A stretch of DNA of 64,000 bases from Arcobacteraceae bacterium (GCA_048268245.1 JBLWVX010000013.1:1-64000); one strand, 5' to 3'. Shown: positions 52,088 through 63,072, counted from the stretch's first letter. Translations and numbers: made by a program. Notes: generated by a model from the sequence alone, not told the origin.

Positions 52088-53356
52088 ATGAAAAAGAATA
52101 TATGTATAGTAGGGCTAGGATATGTAGGACTTCCATTAGCTCATGCGTTTGCAACAAAATATGAAAATGTTATAGGTTTTGATATAAACCAAAACAGAAT
52201 AAATGAACTTAAAAACTCTATTGATTCTACTTTAGAACTAGAATCATCACAACTCAAAGAGGTAGAAAAAAATATCACTTATACTACAAACTTAGATGAT
52301 ATAAAAGAAGCAAATATTTATATTGTAACTGTTCCTACACCTATTGATAGCTCAAATAGACCAGATTTAACACCCCTTATTAAATCATCTCAAACAGTAG
52401 GAAAAGTACTTAAAAAAGATGATATTGTTATATATGAGTCTACTGTTTACCCTGGTGTAACAGAAGAAGTATGTGTACCACAACTAGAAGAAACTTCAAA
52501 CTTGAAGTTTAATGAAGACTTTTTTTGTGGATATTCTCCTGAGAGAATCAATCCAGGAGATAAAAAACATACTGTTACTAAAATATTAAAAGTTACAAGT
52601 GGAAGTACTCCTAAAATAGCTGATATTGTAGATGAATTATATAATTCCATCATAAAAGCAGGAACTTTTAAAGCTTCAAGTATAAAAGTAGCAGAAGCAA
52701 GTAAAGTAATAGAAAATACTCAAAGAGATGTTAATATAGCTTTGATAAATGAACTAGCTCTTATCTTTGATACTATGAATATAGATACAAATGAAGTAAT
52801 AGAAGCAGCTGCAACAAAGTGGAATTTTATTAAGTTAAAACCAGGTTTAGTTGGTGGTCATTGTATTGGTGTAGATCCTTACTATCTTACTTATAAAGCA
52901 GAAGAGTTAGGATATAAACCAAACCTTATCTTAGGTGCAAGACAAATAAACAACAGTATGGGAAAATACATAGCAGAAAAAACAATTAAGCTTATGATAA
53001 AAAAAGGTAAGATTATAAAAGATTCAAATATCTTAATATTAGGACTTACTTTCAAAGAAAACTGCCCAGATATTAGAAATACAAAAGTTGTTGATATTAT
53101 AGAAGAATTAAAAGATTATGGTTCGAACATTGATATTTATGAACCATGGATAGATGAAAAAGATAAATCATACTATGATTATAACTTTATAGAAGATCCT
53201 TTAAAAAGTGATAAAAAATATGAGGCTATCATAATAGCAGTAGGGCATGATAAGTTTAAAGAGATTTCACAAGAGGATTTAGAATCTTTAATTAAAGGTG
53301 AAAATATTTTAATTGATGTAAAAGGTATCATGCCTAATCCAGATTGGAAACTTTAA
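52088..53356 (+). CDS. UDP-N-acetylhexosamine 6-dehydrogenase (TviB/WbpO-like)
   Basis: GLGYVGLP, SPERINPG, GGHCIGVDP, TFKENCPD. Confidence 0.9.
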   Translation: MKKNICIVGLGYVGLPLAHAFATKYENVIGFDINQNRINELKNSIDSTLELESSQLKEVEKNITYTTNLDDIKEANIYIVTVPTPIDSSNRPDLTPLIKSSQTVGKVLKKDDIVIYESTVYPGVTEEVCVPQLEETSNLKFNEDFFCGYSPERINPGDKKHTVTKILKVTSGSTPKIADIVDELYNSIIKAGTFKASSIKVAEASKVIENTQRDVNIALINELALIFDTMNIDTNEVIEAAATKWNFIKLKPGLVGGHCIGVDPYYLTYKAEELGYKPNLILGARQINNSMGKYIAEKTIKLMIKKGKIIKDSNILILGLTFKENCPDIRNTKVVDIIEELKDYGSNIDIYEPWIDEKDKSYYDYNFIEDPLKSDKKYEAIIIAVGHDKFKEISQEDLESLIKGENILIDVKGIMPNPDWKL

Positions 53357-53359
53357 TAT

Positions 53360-54448
53360 ATGAAAATTGTACAAATTTTACCTGAATTGAATGAAGGTGG
53401 GGTTGAACGAGGTACAGTTGAATCAAGTAGAGAATATGTAAAAAAAGGAATTGAATCTATTGTGATAAGCAATGGAGGAAAACTTGTACCTCAAATAGAA
53501 AAAGATGGTGGGAAACACTATTCTTTTGATGTTTGTAGTAAAAATATATTTGCAGTTCCTACAAGAGTAACTTCTTTAAAAAAGATATTAAAAGATATAA
53601 ACCCTGATATTATTCATGTACGAAGTAGAGTACCTGCATGGCTTGTATATTTTGCAAAGAAAAATCTTAAAGCTAAAATAGTAAGTACGGTTCATGGTTT
53701 TAATAGTGTAGGATTTTACAGCTCAATAATGACAAAAGCAGATCATGTAATTTGTGTAAGTAATTCTATAAAAGAGTATATTCAAAAAAACTATAAAACA
53801 CCCTCAGAAATAATAAGTGTAATACCAAGAGGTATAGACACAAAGCTTTTTAATAAAAATAATCTTGATAAAGAATTTTTAGATAATTTTAAAGATGAAT
53901 ATGATTTAAATGATAAATTTATTGTGTCAATAGTTGGAAGAGTTACTCAACTAAAAGATTATGAAACGTTTATAAAAGCAATTCTTGGAGTAAAAAAGAG
54001 TATTAAAAACGTAAAAGCCATAATAGTCGGTGGTGTAAGAGAAGACAAAGAAGACTATTTTAATTCATTAAAAAAATTAATAAAAAAGTTAGATTTAGAA
54101 GAAAATATTAGTTTTACAGGAAGCCAAAATAAAATAGCTGAAGTATATGCCTTAAGTAATGTAGTTGTAAGTAGTTCAAAAAAACCAGAAAGTTTTGGAA
54201 GAGCAGTAGCAGAAGCGATAGCTTTAAATACACCTGTAGTTGCTACTAATCATGGTGGAGTAAAAGATATAATAATAGAAAATGAAAATGGATTTTTCTT
54301 TGAAATAGGTGATAGTGAAGAATTAAGTAAAAAAATAATAAAATGTAATCAATTAAAGTTTGATGGTTTAAATTATATAAAGAGTAATTTTTCTTTGGAA
54401 AATATGATTGAAAAGACTATTGATGTTTATAAAGGAATAGAAAATTAA
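53360..54448 (+). CDS. GT4-family glycosyltransferase
   Basis: GGVERG, PESFGRAVAEA. Confidence 0.88.
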   Translation: MKIVQILPELNEGGVERGTVESSREYVKKGIESIVISNGGKLVPQIEKDGGKHYSFDVCSKNIFAVPTRVTSLKKILKDINPDIIHVRSRVPAWLVYFAKKNLKAKIVSTVHGFNSVGFYSSIMTKADHVICVSNSIKEYIQKNYKTPSEIISVIPRGIDTKLFNKNNLDKEFLDNFKDEYDLNDKFIVSIVGRVTQLKDYETFIKAILGVKKSIKNVKAIIVGGVREDKEDYFNSLKKLIKKLDLEENISFTGSQNKIAEVYALSNVVVSSSKKPESFGRAVAEAIALNTPVVATNHGGVKDIIIENENGFFFEIGDSEELSKKIIKCNQLKFDGLNYIKSNFSLENMIEKTIDVYKGIEN

Positions 54449-54476
54449 TAATATAGTAATTAATAGAAGTGAAAGT

Positions 54477-55595
54477 TTGTTCTTTAAGTTTTTACTAGTA
54501 CTTTGGATAATATCAATACCATTTAAAAATGCTATTTTCCAAGGTTCTATAGGTTTAATTATACTTTTTTTTATATATTCTTTATTCAAAAATAAAGATT
54601 ATTTTATTTTAATTGAGAATTTAAAAAAAGTTAAATATTTATCTATAGGGTTCTTTTTAATAGTTTCTTCAATGATTCTATCAAATTTAGTCAATCCTGA
54701 AAATTTAAGTCAGAAGTCATGGCATACTACTTTTATGTTTGTTATTAGATATGGTTTGATTTTTGTTTGTTTAGCATATTTTTATAAAAAAAATTATTTT
54801 GAAGAAAAGTTTGTTAAAATCCTTGTATATAGTTCATTAGTTTATTTAGCTTTATTAGGCTTATACGAGCTAATCTTAAATCCTTCTATTTTAAATGGCA
54901 TTGGTATTCATGGTACTTTGAGTAATAGAAACTCTTTTGGTTTACATATGGGGATGGGCGTTGTATTAAGTGCAATTCTTTTTATGTATAATAAAAAAAT
55001 AGCAGTTTTATTGTTTATAGTATTTACATTTCTTATGATGTTTTCATTTTCAAGATCTTCTTGGGTTGCTAGTTTTTCATCTATATTAGTATTGATGATA
55101 TTTAATTATAGAGAAATAAAAATGAGTCATATATTATATATGTTTGGTTTTATTGGCTTTCTTTTAGCAGTTTATTTTTCTTCTGATTCTTTACAAGTAC
55201 GTTTTTCTCAATTGTTAGAAGGTTACTCAAGTCAAAGAACGACAATTTGGTCATATACTATTGAATTTATAAAGTTAAATCTAACTATAGGATATGGGAT
55301 AGATTCTTGGGCAAGTTTACCAAATGCCTATTTAAATAAATTCCCTGATCCTCACAACATGGTTTTAGAAATATTATTATATACAGGACTAATTGGCTTC
55401 TTTTTTTGTTTTTTAACTATTTTTATAATTTTAAAAAAAATAGTTAAAAGTAAGAATTATATTTATCTTTCTATTTCAATTTATTTTTTAGTTATTACAC
55501 AATTTGATTTTGGAGCTTTTTTTACAAAAGAAATATTGAGCTTTTTAACAATTTTTGTTTTTCTAGTCTATAGCAAAAAATTTAAGGAACAATAG
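54477..55595 (+). CDS. waaL: O-antigen ligase family protein
   Basis: Many TM helices, SRSSW, R..IW, GYG, PHNMVLE; start may be ATT at 54444. Confidence 0.8.
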   Translation: MFFKFLLVLWIISIPFKNAIFQGSIGLIILFFIYSLFKNKDYFILIENLKKVKYLSIGFFLIVSSMILSNLVNPENLSQKSWHTTFMFVIRYGLIFVCLAYFYKKNYFEEKFVKILVYSSLVYLALLGLYELILNPSILNGIGIHGTLSNRNSFGLHMGMGVVLSAILFMYNKKIAVLLFIVFTFLMMFSFSRSSWVASFSSILVLMIFNYREIKMSHILYMFGFIGFLLAVYFSSDSLQVRFSQLLEGYSSQRTTIWSYTIEFIKLNLTIGYGIDSWASLPNAYLNKFPDPHNMVLEILLYTGLIGFFFCFLTIFIILKKIVKSKNYIYLSISIYFLVITQFDFGAFFTKEILSFLTIFVFLVYSKKFKEQ

Positions 55596-56410
55596 TGGAA
55601 TTTTATTTATTAACTTTACTTTTTATTTGTTTAATAGTTTTTTCTATTAGATTTAAATGGTGGAGAAAAAATATTTCTTATATTTATCCTAGAGTTTTAA
55701 TGTATCATATGATTTCAAATCATTTGCCGAAAAATAAATCTAAATTTAATAGGTTAAGAGTAAAACCAGAAGAATTCGAAAAACAGTTAATTTGGTTGAA
55801 AAAAAATAATTTTAAAAGCTTTACGCTAAGTGAATTGATTTCCTTGAAAGAAGTTCCACAAAAAGCTGTTGTTATAACTTTTGATGATGGATATGAAGAT
55901 AACTTTACAAATGCATTCCCTTTATTAAAGAAATATGGTTTTAAAGCAACTATTTATGTGGTTTTAAATAGATTTGATAAAAATTGGGCTACTGATAAAG
56001 ATTTAAAGTCAAGTTCTGATGAATTAAATAGTGAAAAAATGTTAAGTAATGACCAAGTTAATAAGATGCTTGAAAGTGGAATAATTGAGATTGGTTCTCA
56101 CACTTTAGATCATGTAAATTTACCTTCATTGAGTTTTTATGAAAAAAAATTACAACTTTTAAAATCTAAAGAACAAATAGAAGAAATATTTAATATTAAA
56201 TGTACATCATTTGCTTATCCTTTTGGCTTTCATGATGAAACAGATGTTAAACTAGTGGAAGAATTAAACTATACCAATGCTACAACAACATATAATTCTG
56301 TTTATAATAAAGAAAAGTTTTCAAATTATAGAATTCCTAGAATAATGATAAGTGGAAGACAAGGAATATTTGCATTTATATTAAAAATGAAAAAAGGGCG
56401 AGTTAGATGA
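55595..56410 (+). CDS. Polysaccharide deacetylase (CE4)
   Basis: LMYH, TFDDGY, GSHTLDH, FAYPFG. Confidence 0.88.
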   Translation: MEFYLLTLLFICLIVFSIRFKWWRKNISYIYPRVLMYHMISNHLPKNKSKFNRLRVKPEEFEKQLIWLKKNNFKSFTLSELISLKEVPQKAVVITFDDGYEDNFTNAFPLLKKYGFKATIYVVLNRFDKNWATDKDLKSSSDELNSEKMLSNDQVNKMLESGIIEIGSHTLDHVNLPSLSFYEKKLQLLKSKEQIEEIFNIKCTSFAYPFGFHDETDVKLVEELNYTNATTTYNSVYNKEKFSNYRIPRIMISGRQGIFAFILKMKKGRVR

Positions 56411-57384
56411 AAATTTGTTATTTTACATGTTCTGCAGGTTTTGGTGGAATGGAGAAAATAATTATAGATACTTTAAATGAAATTAATGATAATAATGAAT
56501 ACTCAATAATAATCCCCAAAAACTCTGAATATAAAAGTAAATTATCTAAAAAAGTTAAAATAATTGAATTTAATTCAATGAATAAAAGATTTAATATTTT
56601 TTTATATTTTGAAATTTACAACTATATCAAAAATTATAAAATAGTACATACTCATGGTGCTAAAGCTTCTAAAATTATTTATTATTTGAATAAATTACTT
56701 CCTTTCGTTCATATCGCTACAAAACATAATATAAGAAAAGGCAAAATATTTAATAAAATAAAAAATGTAATTAGTGTTTCAAAAGAGGTTGCAAAAACAA
56801 TAAATCACCCTAGTAAAACTTTATATTTTGGTATAAGAAAGGTTTCTGAAATTAAATCTAATAAAGAAGATATATTCACTATTGTTGCGGTTGGAAGATT
56901 AGATCCAATAAAAGGTTTTGATTTATTAATTAAGCAAGTATCGAAATTGAACTTTGACTTTAAATTGAATATTATTGGTGATGGTCCTCAAAAAGAAAAA
57001 TTAGAAAAATTAATTATTGACAATAATTTAGAAAAAAAAGTTTTTCTTTTAGGATTTAAAAATAATATTTCAGAATATTTAAGAAACAGTCATTTACAAG
57101 TTATTAGCTCTTTAAGTGAAGGTATGCCTTTAACTTTAATAGAAGGGATTATGTCTAGCACTGTAATCATTTCTACACCTGTTGGTGGAATAGTTGAAGT
57201 ACTTGATAAAGATTATTTAGAAGATGTTGATAATTTTTCAGATAAAATAACTAATATTTATAAGAATTATAGCTTTTACTGTGATGATTTTTATTTAAAA
57301 CACAATCACTTTAAAGAGAAGTTTGATTTTAATAATTATTCAAATAACTTAATTCAGTATTATAAGAGGTGTGTAAATGAATAA
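56407..57384 (+). CDS. GT4-family glycosyltransferase
   Basis: GGME, GRLDPIKG, SEGMPLTLIE. Confidence 0.85.
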   Translation: MKICYFTCSAGFGGMEKIIIDTLNEINDNNEYSIIIPKNSEYKSKLSKKVKIIEFNSMNKRFNIFLYFEIYNYIKNYKIVHTHGAKASKIIYYLNKLLPFVHIATKHNIRKGKIFNKIKNVISVSKEVAKTINHPSKTLYFGIRKVSEIKSNKEDIFTIVAVGRLDPIKGFDLLIKQVSKLNFDFKLNIIGDGPQKEKLEKLIIDNNLEKKVFLLGFKNNISEYLRNSHLQVISSLSEGMPLTLIEGIMSSTVIISTPVGGIVEVLDKDYLEDVDNFSDKITNIYKNYSFYCDDFYLKHNHFKEKFDFNNYSNNLIQYYKRCVNE

Positions 57385-58438
57385 AAGTTTTAAAATTGTT
57401 CATTGTGGAATATTTAATGAAAAAGAAAATGGTAATTTTTTTTATGGATTAGAAAGAAAGATTAGTCATGGTTTAATACAAAATGGTCATTTTGTATATG
57501 ATTTTAGCTATCGAGATATTGAAAGGAATTCACGTTTTTTAGGTATAAAAGATAGTGGTTTAAAAAAAATGAATGAAAAGTTAATTGATATTTGTAAAAA
57601 TATAAATGCAGATATTCTATTTTTAGCAAAAGCTGAAAAGATTGACAAAAATACACTAATTAAAATTAAAAAGATTTTGCCAAATATTAAAATTGTACAA
57701 TGGTATGTAGATCACTTAGTTGAAAAAGATGAGTTTTTTAAAAAATTAGATTATATTGATGTTTTTTATTATGCAAATGCAAAAGAATTGGCCAATCTAT
57801 CAAAAAAATATAAGAATACTTTATTTTCATTCTTTCCAAATATTTCAGACCCTGCTTTTGATAAAAAAATGGAATTAACTAAAACAAATGATATAATTTA
57901 TATAGCAAGAGATTATAAAGAAGATGTAAGAACTAAATTTGCAGTCTTGTTAAAAGATTTTTGTGATAAGGAAAAAATAAACTTAAAAGTTTACGCATCT
58001 TTAGGTAATCCTACTATTTTTGGAAATGATTTTCAAAAAGCAATATCTGAAACTAAAATTGCAATTAATTTTAATAGAGATGACAACTTAGATAATGTAA
58101 ATAAAGATAAGGTTTTAGGAGCTTCTGATAGAATGGCTCAATTTCTCGGGTGTGGTATTTGTACTTTTTCACCAAGGATAAAAGGCTTTGAAAAACTTTA
58201 TAAAGATCAAGAAGAAATTATTTATTTTGATTCTCCTAATGATTGTTTCAAGAAGTTAAAAATTTATTTAAAAGATGATAACTATAAATCAATTGGAATA
58301 AAAGGTCAAGATAAAACTTATAAAATTGCAAATGCAAAAAGAGTAACACAGTTCATGTTAGAGCTATTATTTGATAATAATAACTCTAATAATTATGAAT
58401 GGAGTGAATATAAATTTAGAGAAGGAAATCAGATATGA
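57377..58438 (+). CDS. GT-B glycosyltransferase (CgeB-like)
   Basis: KIAINFNR...SDR..Q.LGCG. Confidence 0.7.
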   Translation: MNKSFKIVHCGIFNEKENGNFFYGLERKISHGLIQNGHFVYDFSYRDIERNSRFLGIKDSGLKKMNEKLIDICKNINADILFLAKAEKIDKNTLIKIKKILPNIKIVQWYVDHLVEKDEFFKKLDYIDVFYYANAKELANLSKKYKNTLFSFFPNISDPAFDKKMELTKTNDIIYIARDYKEDVRTKFAVLLKDFCDKEKINLKVYASLGNPTIFGNDFQKAISETKIAINFNRDDNLDNVNKDKVLGASDRMAQFLGCGICTFSPRIKGFEKLYKDQEEIIYFDSPNDCFKKLKIYLKDDNYKSIGIKGQDKTYKIANAKRVTQFMLELLFDNNNSNNYEWSEYKFREGNQI

Positions 58439-59424
58439 TAATATTGCAGACATTACATTGGGTACAATTTGCAGGGACTGAAAAACTGTGTGTAGATTTG
58501 TGTAATGAATTGTCAAATGAGCATACAGTTTATCTATTAACTAATGATAAGATTAAACCTTATATATGTAATAATGTTAATTTAATTGATATTGATTTTA
58601 AAAAAAGTAGACGAAATCCATTCTTTTTATACAAATTGGCAAAAATAGTGGATGAAATCAATCCAGATGTTATTCATATTCATAATACAAAAGAACTTGA
58701 AGTGATGTACAATGCAAGGTTTTTTATGAAAAAGAAAATACCAATTATTGGTACGAAACATACATTAACTCCTAAGAAAAAATATAAATTAGCAGATTTA
58801 GCTGTTGGAATTTTAGAAGACACACACTCTATTATTGAGTCAAATAATTCTGTAATTATTAAAAATGGAATGGCATATAAAGAACCTGAATTATTGCCGA
58901 AAGAAAATAAATTTCATATTGTTTCCGCAGCAAGGCTTTCTCCTGCAAAAGGAATGGATATTATAATAAAAGCTGCTTCATTATTAACTTTTGAATTTAA
59001 ATTAAGTCTTTTTGGTAGGGGTGAACAAGAACAAGAATTAGTAAAACTTATTCAAGATTTAAATTTAGAAGAGAAAGTTAAAATTGTAGGGTTTGTTGAT
59101 AATTTAAATGATCACTTATTTTCTTCTGATGTGCAAATAATTGCATCTAGATTTGAACCATATGGATTAACTGCAATAGATGGTATTTATTATTCAAAAG
59201 TTTTACTTTCAACTAAAACAGGAATCTGTGAACAAATATTAGATGAAGAATTATTATTTGAAACTGATTATAAATCACTTGCAAAAAAATTAGAAGAAGT
59301 TTATTCTGATTATGAAAAATATGTAACTTTATTCTCAAAAGTTAAAAATACGAAAGATGAGTATAGTATTGAAAAAATGACTGAAAAATATTTAAAAGCT
59401 TATAATAGTTTATTAAAACAATAA
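58435..59424 (+). CDS. GT4-family glycosyltransferase
   Basis: AGTE, ARLSPAKG, SRFEPYG. Confidence 0.83.
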   Translation: MIILQTLHWVQFAGTEKLCVDLCNELSNEHTVYLLTNDKIKPYICNNVNLIDIDFKKSRRNPFFLYKLAKIVDEINPDVIHIHNTKELEVMYNARFFMKKKIPIIGTKHTLTPKKKYKLADLAVGILEDTHSIIESNNSVIIKNGMAYKEPELLPKENKFHIVSAARLSPAKGMDIIIKAASLLTFEFKLSLFGRGEQEQELVKLIQDLNLEEKVKIVGFVDNLNDHLFSSDVQIIASRFEPYGLTAIDGIYYSKVLLSTKTGICEQILDEELLFETDYKSLAKKLEEVYSDYEKYVTLFSKVKNTKDEYSIEKMTEKYLKAYNSLLKQ

Positions 59425-59461
59425 TTTAAAGTAATTCTATTTATTAAATCAAAGGTAAAAA

Positions 59462-60247
59462 ATGACAAAAAACAAAAATGTAGTGTGTATTAAATGGGGA
59501 ACTGTATATAAAGCAGAAGACGTAAATAGATTATTTAATATGGTAATGCGTAATACAAAAGAAAAAATAAACTTTTATTGTTTTACAGAAGACAGTGAAG
59601 GTTTTGAAGAAGGAATTATTGTAAAGCCTTTACCTGCTTTAAATACTATAGAAGAATATAAACTGAAATATGCTTATCAAAAAGAAGCTGGATTATGTGA
59701 TGATAATTTAGGTGGTTTAAATGGAGAAAGGGTAGTTTTTTTTGACTTAGATATTGTAATAGTTGGAAATATTGATGATTTTTTTGATTACCCTGAAGAC
59801 GATAAATTTTATATTATAAATGATCCTAATACAAAAGGTGATAATGTAGGACAAGCTACATGTTATTCTTGGGTAGTTGGTACTCTTGGCTATATAAAAG
59901 AGTATTATGAACAGAATCCAAAAGAAGTAGTTGATAAGTTTTATAATGCTTCTCAAGAATATTTATCAAGTAAAGTTATTGAAAAGTATGGAAAACTTAA
60001 TTTCTGGCCAAATGATTGGATTTGTTCTTTTAGATTTGACTGTATGCCAAAATTCGGTCCATTAAGACATTTTATCACACCTTCTCTTCCTAAAAATAGA
60101 GCAAATTTAAAAATTGTTAATTTTCATGGTGATCCAAAAGTAAGGGATGCCATAAATGGTTATTGGTATATAAGACCAGGACAAGGATGGAAAAAGTTAT
60201 ATAAAGCATGTAAGCCAACTAAATGGATTGAAGACTATTGGTATTAA
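59462..60247 (+). CDS. Putative GT-A glycosyltransferase
   Basis: CIKWG..Y, FFDLDIVI (DxD), FHGDPK. Confidence 0.7.
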   Translation: MTKNKNVVCIKWGTVYKAEDVNRLFNMVMRNTKEKINFYCFTEDSEGFEEGIIVKPLPALNTIEEYKLKYAYQKEAGLCDDNLGGLNGERVVFFDLDIVIVGNIDDFFDYPEDDKFYIINDPNTKGDNVGQATCYSWVVGTLGYIKEYYEQNPKEVVDKFYNASQEYLSSKVIEKYGKLNFWPNDWICSFRFDCMPKFGPLRHFITPSLPKNRANLKIVNFHGDPKVRDAINGYWYIRPGQGWKKLYKACKPTKWIEDYWY

Positions 60248-60275
60248 TATACTAATTAATTAAAGGTTATCTTAA

Positions 60276-61184
60276 ATGAATGAATATAAAAAATTATCTT
60301 CACAAGTAAATTGTACAATAGGTGTTGGAATACTTAGTTGGAAATCACATAAAACTTTAGAAAAAAGTCTTCAAAGTTATGAAGAAATTGGTTTTAAAGA
60401 TTTTTTTGATGAAGTTAAGATTATATTTCAAGAAGTTTCTAAAGAAGACAAGGAACTTGCTAAAAAATATGGTTACGATTATGTTGGATTAGATTGTAAT
60501 ATAGGTATTCAGGGTGGACATAGATGTATTTATGAAAATTTGACAACAGATTATGTATTAGTTTTAGAAAATGATAATCCTGTTGTAGAATCACGTAATG
60601 TTACATATGAAAGGCTATTAGAATCTATTTTACTTTTGAATAATAAGACAATTGATATTATGAGATTAAGACATAGATGGAACTTTGGAGAAGGTTTTAG
60701 TTTAGATAAATATTTAAATTTTTTTGAAGTTAAAGAATTTCATAAAAAATATAGCTATATTAAAATTAAGCATAGTATTATTAATAATCTTTTAAAATCA
60801 ATAAATAGAATATTTAGACCAGAGAAGGCTAAGAGATTAGCTGGTTATTCATTATATTGTGAAAAAGAACCTGAAAAATTATTTCCAAAAGATATTAAAA
60901 AGATTGGGAATGAATTATATTCTGTAAAGTCAAGTATTCTTACATGGACAAATCAAAGTGTACTGCTAAGTCGTAGTTTGTACGGATTTTTATTAGACTA
61001 TGCAGATAAAAACCCATCATCAAGGGCAGCAAATGGTTTTCAGGATTTAGAAAAACCATTAAATAGTAAGTGGTGGAGAAGTCAAAATTATAATATTGGT
61101 GTAGGAGAAGGAATATTCTCTCATAATAGATATGATGATAGTTGGAGAAAAGATCATCCAGCCTTTAATAAAAAAATTATTTAA
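60276..61184 (+). CDS. Putative GT2-like glycosyltransferase
   Basis: GILSW, YVLVLEND; LPS-locus context. Confidence 0.55.
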   Translation: MNEYKKLSSQVNCTIGVGILSWKSHKTLEKSLQSYEEIGFKDFFDEVKIIFQEVSKEDKELAKKYGYDYVGLDCNIGIQGGHRCIYENLTTDYVLVLENDNPVVESRNVTYERLLESILLLNNKTIDIMRLRHRWNFGEGFSLDKYLNFFEVKEFHKKYSYIKIKHSIINNLLKSINRIFRPEKAKRLAGYSLYCEKEPEKLFPKDIKKIGNELYSVKSSILTWTNQSVLLSRSLYGFLLDYADKNPSSRAANGFQDLEKPLNSKWWRSQNYNIGVGEGIFSHNRYDDSWRKDHPAFNKKII

Positions 61185-61916
61185 ATGAAATCAAAAATAC
61201 ACTCAACTCTAATATATCCATTACTATCCTTATTTGGATATTTACTAAAAGGAAGTAAAGAAAACTATGATGAATTTTTAACTGATAATATAAATAAGTT
61301 AAAAAATTTAGAACTTTTAGAAATAAATACTAAAAAAGAAACTAATAGTTTTTTTAAAGATATAAAATACTTTTTTGATAAGAACTCACCCTTGTATGAT
61401 AAAACTTTTGTGAACATCTATGTAGACTTAGAAAAAACTCCTGAATCAAGATGTTATGGTTTATATGATTTTTCTAAACTTGTTTCTATGTATTATTCTT
61501 CTTCTATGTTGAGTTCAAGAATTACAAATGACAATTTATACATGAAACTTATTTTCTCTAAAAACAGTTTTGGTGAACTAGAACAAAACAACTTGTTAAG
61601 ATATATACTTTTGGCATATGCTTCAAAAAAAGTTGATTTTTTGTATATGGATAAAACAAATTTGCCCAAAAAGGCGATAGAAATAATCAATAATTTTGAA
61701 GACAAATTAAATAGTTCTAAGTTTATAAACTTTTCTAAATCAAAAGATTTACATGTACTTACTTGTGAAAAAAAGAAAGAGAAATTTGATATTATCTGGT
61801 CTAGTTCAAAAAGAGAGATTGAATTAACTGAATTTAATAAAGTTTTTGATAAATTTGGTCAAGAATTAAAAGGTGAGATTAAAATCACTAATAGTCCAAT
61901 ATATGCTTATCATTAA
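61185..61916 (+). CDS. Hypothetical protein in the LPS locus
   Basis: 243-aa ORF abutting its neighbours. Confidence 0.55.
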   Translation: MKSKIHSTLIYPLLSLFGYLLKGSKENYDEFLTDNINKLKNLELLEINTKKETNSFFKDIKYFFDKNSPLYDKTFVNIYVDLEKTPESRCYGLYDFSKLVSMYYSSSMLSSRITNDNLYMKLIFSKNSFGELEQNNLLRYILLAYASKKVDFLYMDKTNLPKKAIEIINNFEDKLNSSKFINFSKSKDLHVLTCEKKKEKFDIIWSSSKREIELTEFNKVFDKFGQELKGEIKITNSPIYAYH

Positions 61917-61928
61917 AAAAGAGTTTAA

Positions 61929-62810
61929 ATGAATCAACTATCTATATCATACAAAACAAAAAGTAACTTGATTGAGGCTTTGTTACAGCAAGACAATATT
62001 TGTGAAATAAATACTAGTGGAATTTTAAAGAAATTTTCATTTTTAAAAAAAGAGTATGCTGATATTTATTTTCATACTGGAGCATTAGACGAGAAAAGTA
62101 AAGATAAAATATTAAATGCAAAAAAAGTAATAGTAAATTCAAAAACACTTAAAAAAGAAATTTTAAAGTCTGTAGAAGAATTTGACTCATCAAAGATTGA
62201 GTGTATTTATCCAAGTATTGATATAAATTATGTAAAGCCTAAACTTATGAAGAAAAAGGTTTGTGAAGCTTTAAATATAGATTCAAAAAAAAGAATCATT
62301 TTTTTTACTGCAAAAAACTTTAAAAATTCAGGTGTAAAAGAGTTTATAGAAACTTTATTTACATTGAACGAACAGAACGTATTAGGAATAATAGCAGGAG
62401 ACAAAAAGCAGATCAATACTTTGAAATTTCAAATATCAAAATTCAATTATTCGTCTAAATTATTATTAGTAGAGGATTATGAAAATATTGATGAACTTTT
62501 TCTTGCTTCAGATATATTTTTCTTACCTACATATAACAATTATTTTGCATCAAATGTTTTAAAAGCAATGTATTGTAAAAATGTAGTTTTTACAACAGCA
62601 AATAACCATGCAAGTGAGTTGATTGATGTTTTTTCAACTATGGAAAGTCCAAATGATAGATCAGCATCTTTTAAAATAGATGCAGTTCTAATGGAAAAAG
62701 ATGAAATGAAAAAAATAAAAAAAGAGAATAGAAAATTGGCAAAAAAGTTTGCTTTAGATATTAATTTAAAAAGAGTAAATGAAATCATCGATACTTTAAA
62801 TAAGATTTAA
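61929..62810 (+). CDS. Degenerate GT4-like glycosyltransferase
   Basis: ASDIFFLPT..N.F...VLKAM; canonical E-x7-E replaced. Confidence 0.65.
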   Translation: MNQLSISYKTKSNLIEALLQQDNICEINTSGILKKFSFLKKEYADIYFHTGALDEKSKDKILNAKKVIVNSKTLKKEILKSVEEFDSSKIECIYPSIDINYVKPKLMKKKVCEALNIDSKKRIIFFTAKNFKNSGVKEFIETLFTLNEQNVLGIIAGDKKQINTLKFQISKFNYSSKLLLVEDYENIDELFLASDIFFLPTYNNYFASNVLKAMYCKNVVFTTANNHASELIDVFSTMESPNDRSASFKIDAVLMEKDEMKKIKKENRKLAKKFALDINLKRVNEIIDTLNKI

Positions 62811-62860
62811 GATTAATAAGATAAAATACGCAAATATTTTTCACTATATAAGGAAGACAA

Positions 62861-63049
62861 ATGTCAAGAAGATGTGCAATATCAGGAAAAGGACCTATGG
62901 TTGGAAACAACGTAAGTCACGCTAAAAACAGAACAAAAAAGAGATTTTTACCAAACTTAAGAACTGTTAGAGTTACTTTAGAAGATGGTACAACTAAAAA
63001 AATCAGAATCTCAGCTAAAGAGTTAAGAACTCTTAAAAAACACTCATAA
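62861..63049 (+). CDS. rpmB: 50S ribosomal protein L28
   Basis: [33 protein letters not shown]. Confidence 0.97.
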   Translation: MSRRCAISGKGPMVGNNVSHAKNRTKKRFLPNLRTVRVTLEDGTTKKIRISAKELRTLKKHS

Positions 63050-63072
63050 GAGAGCACTAGAAAAGTGCTTTC

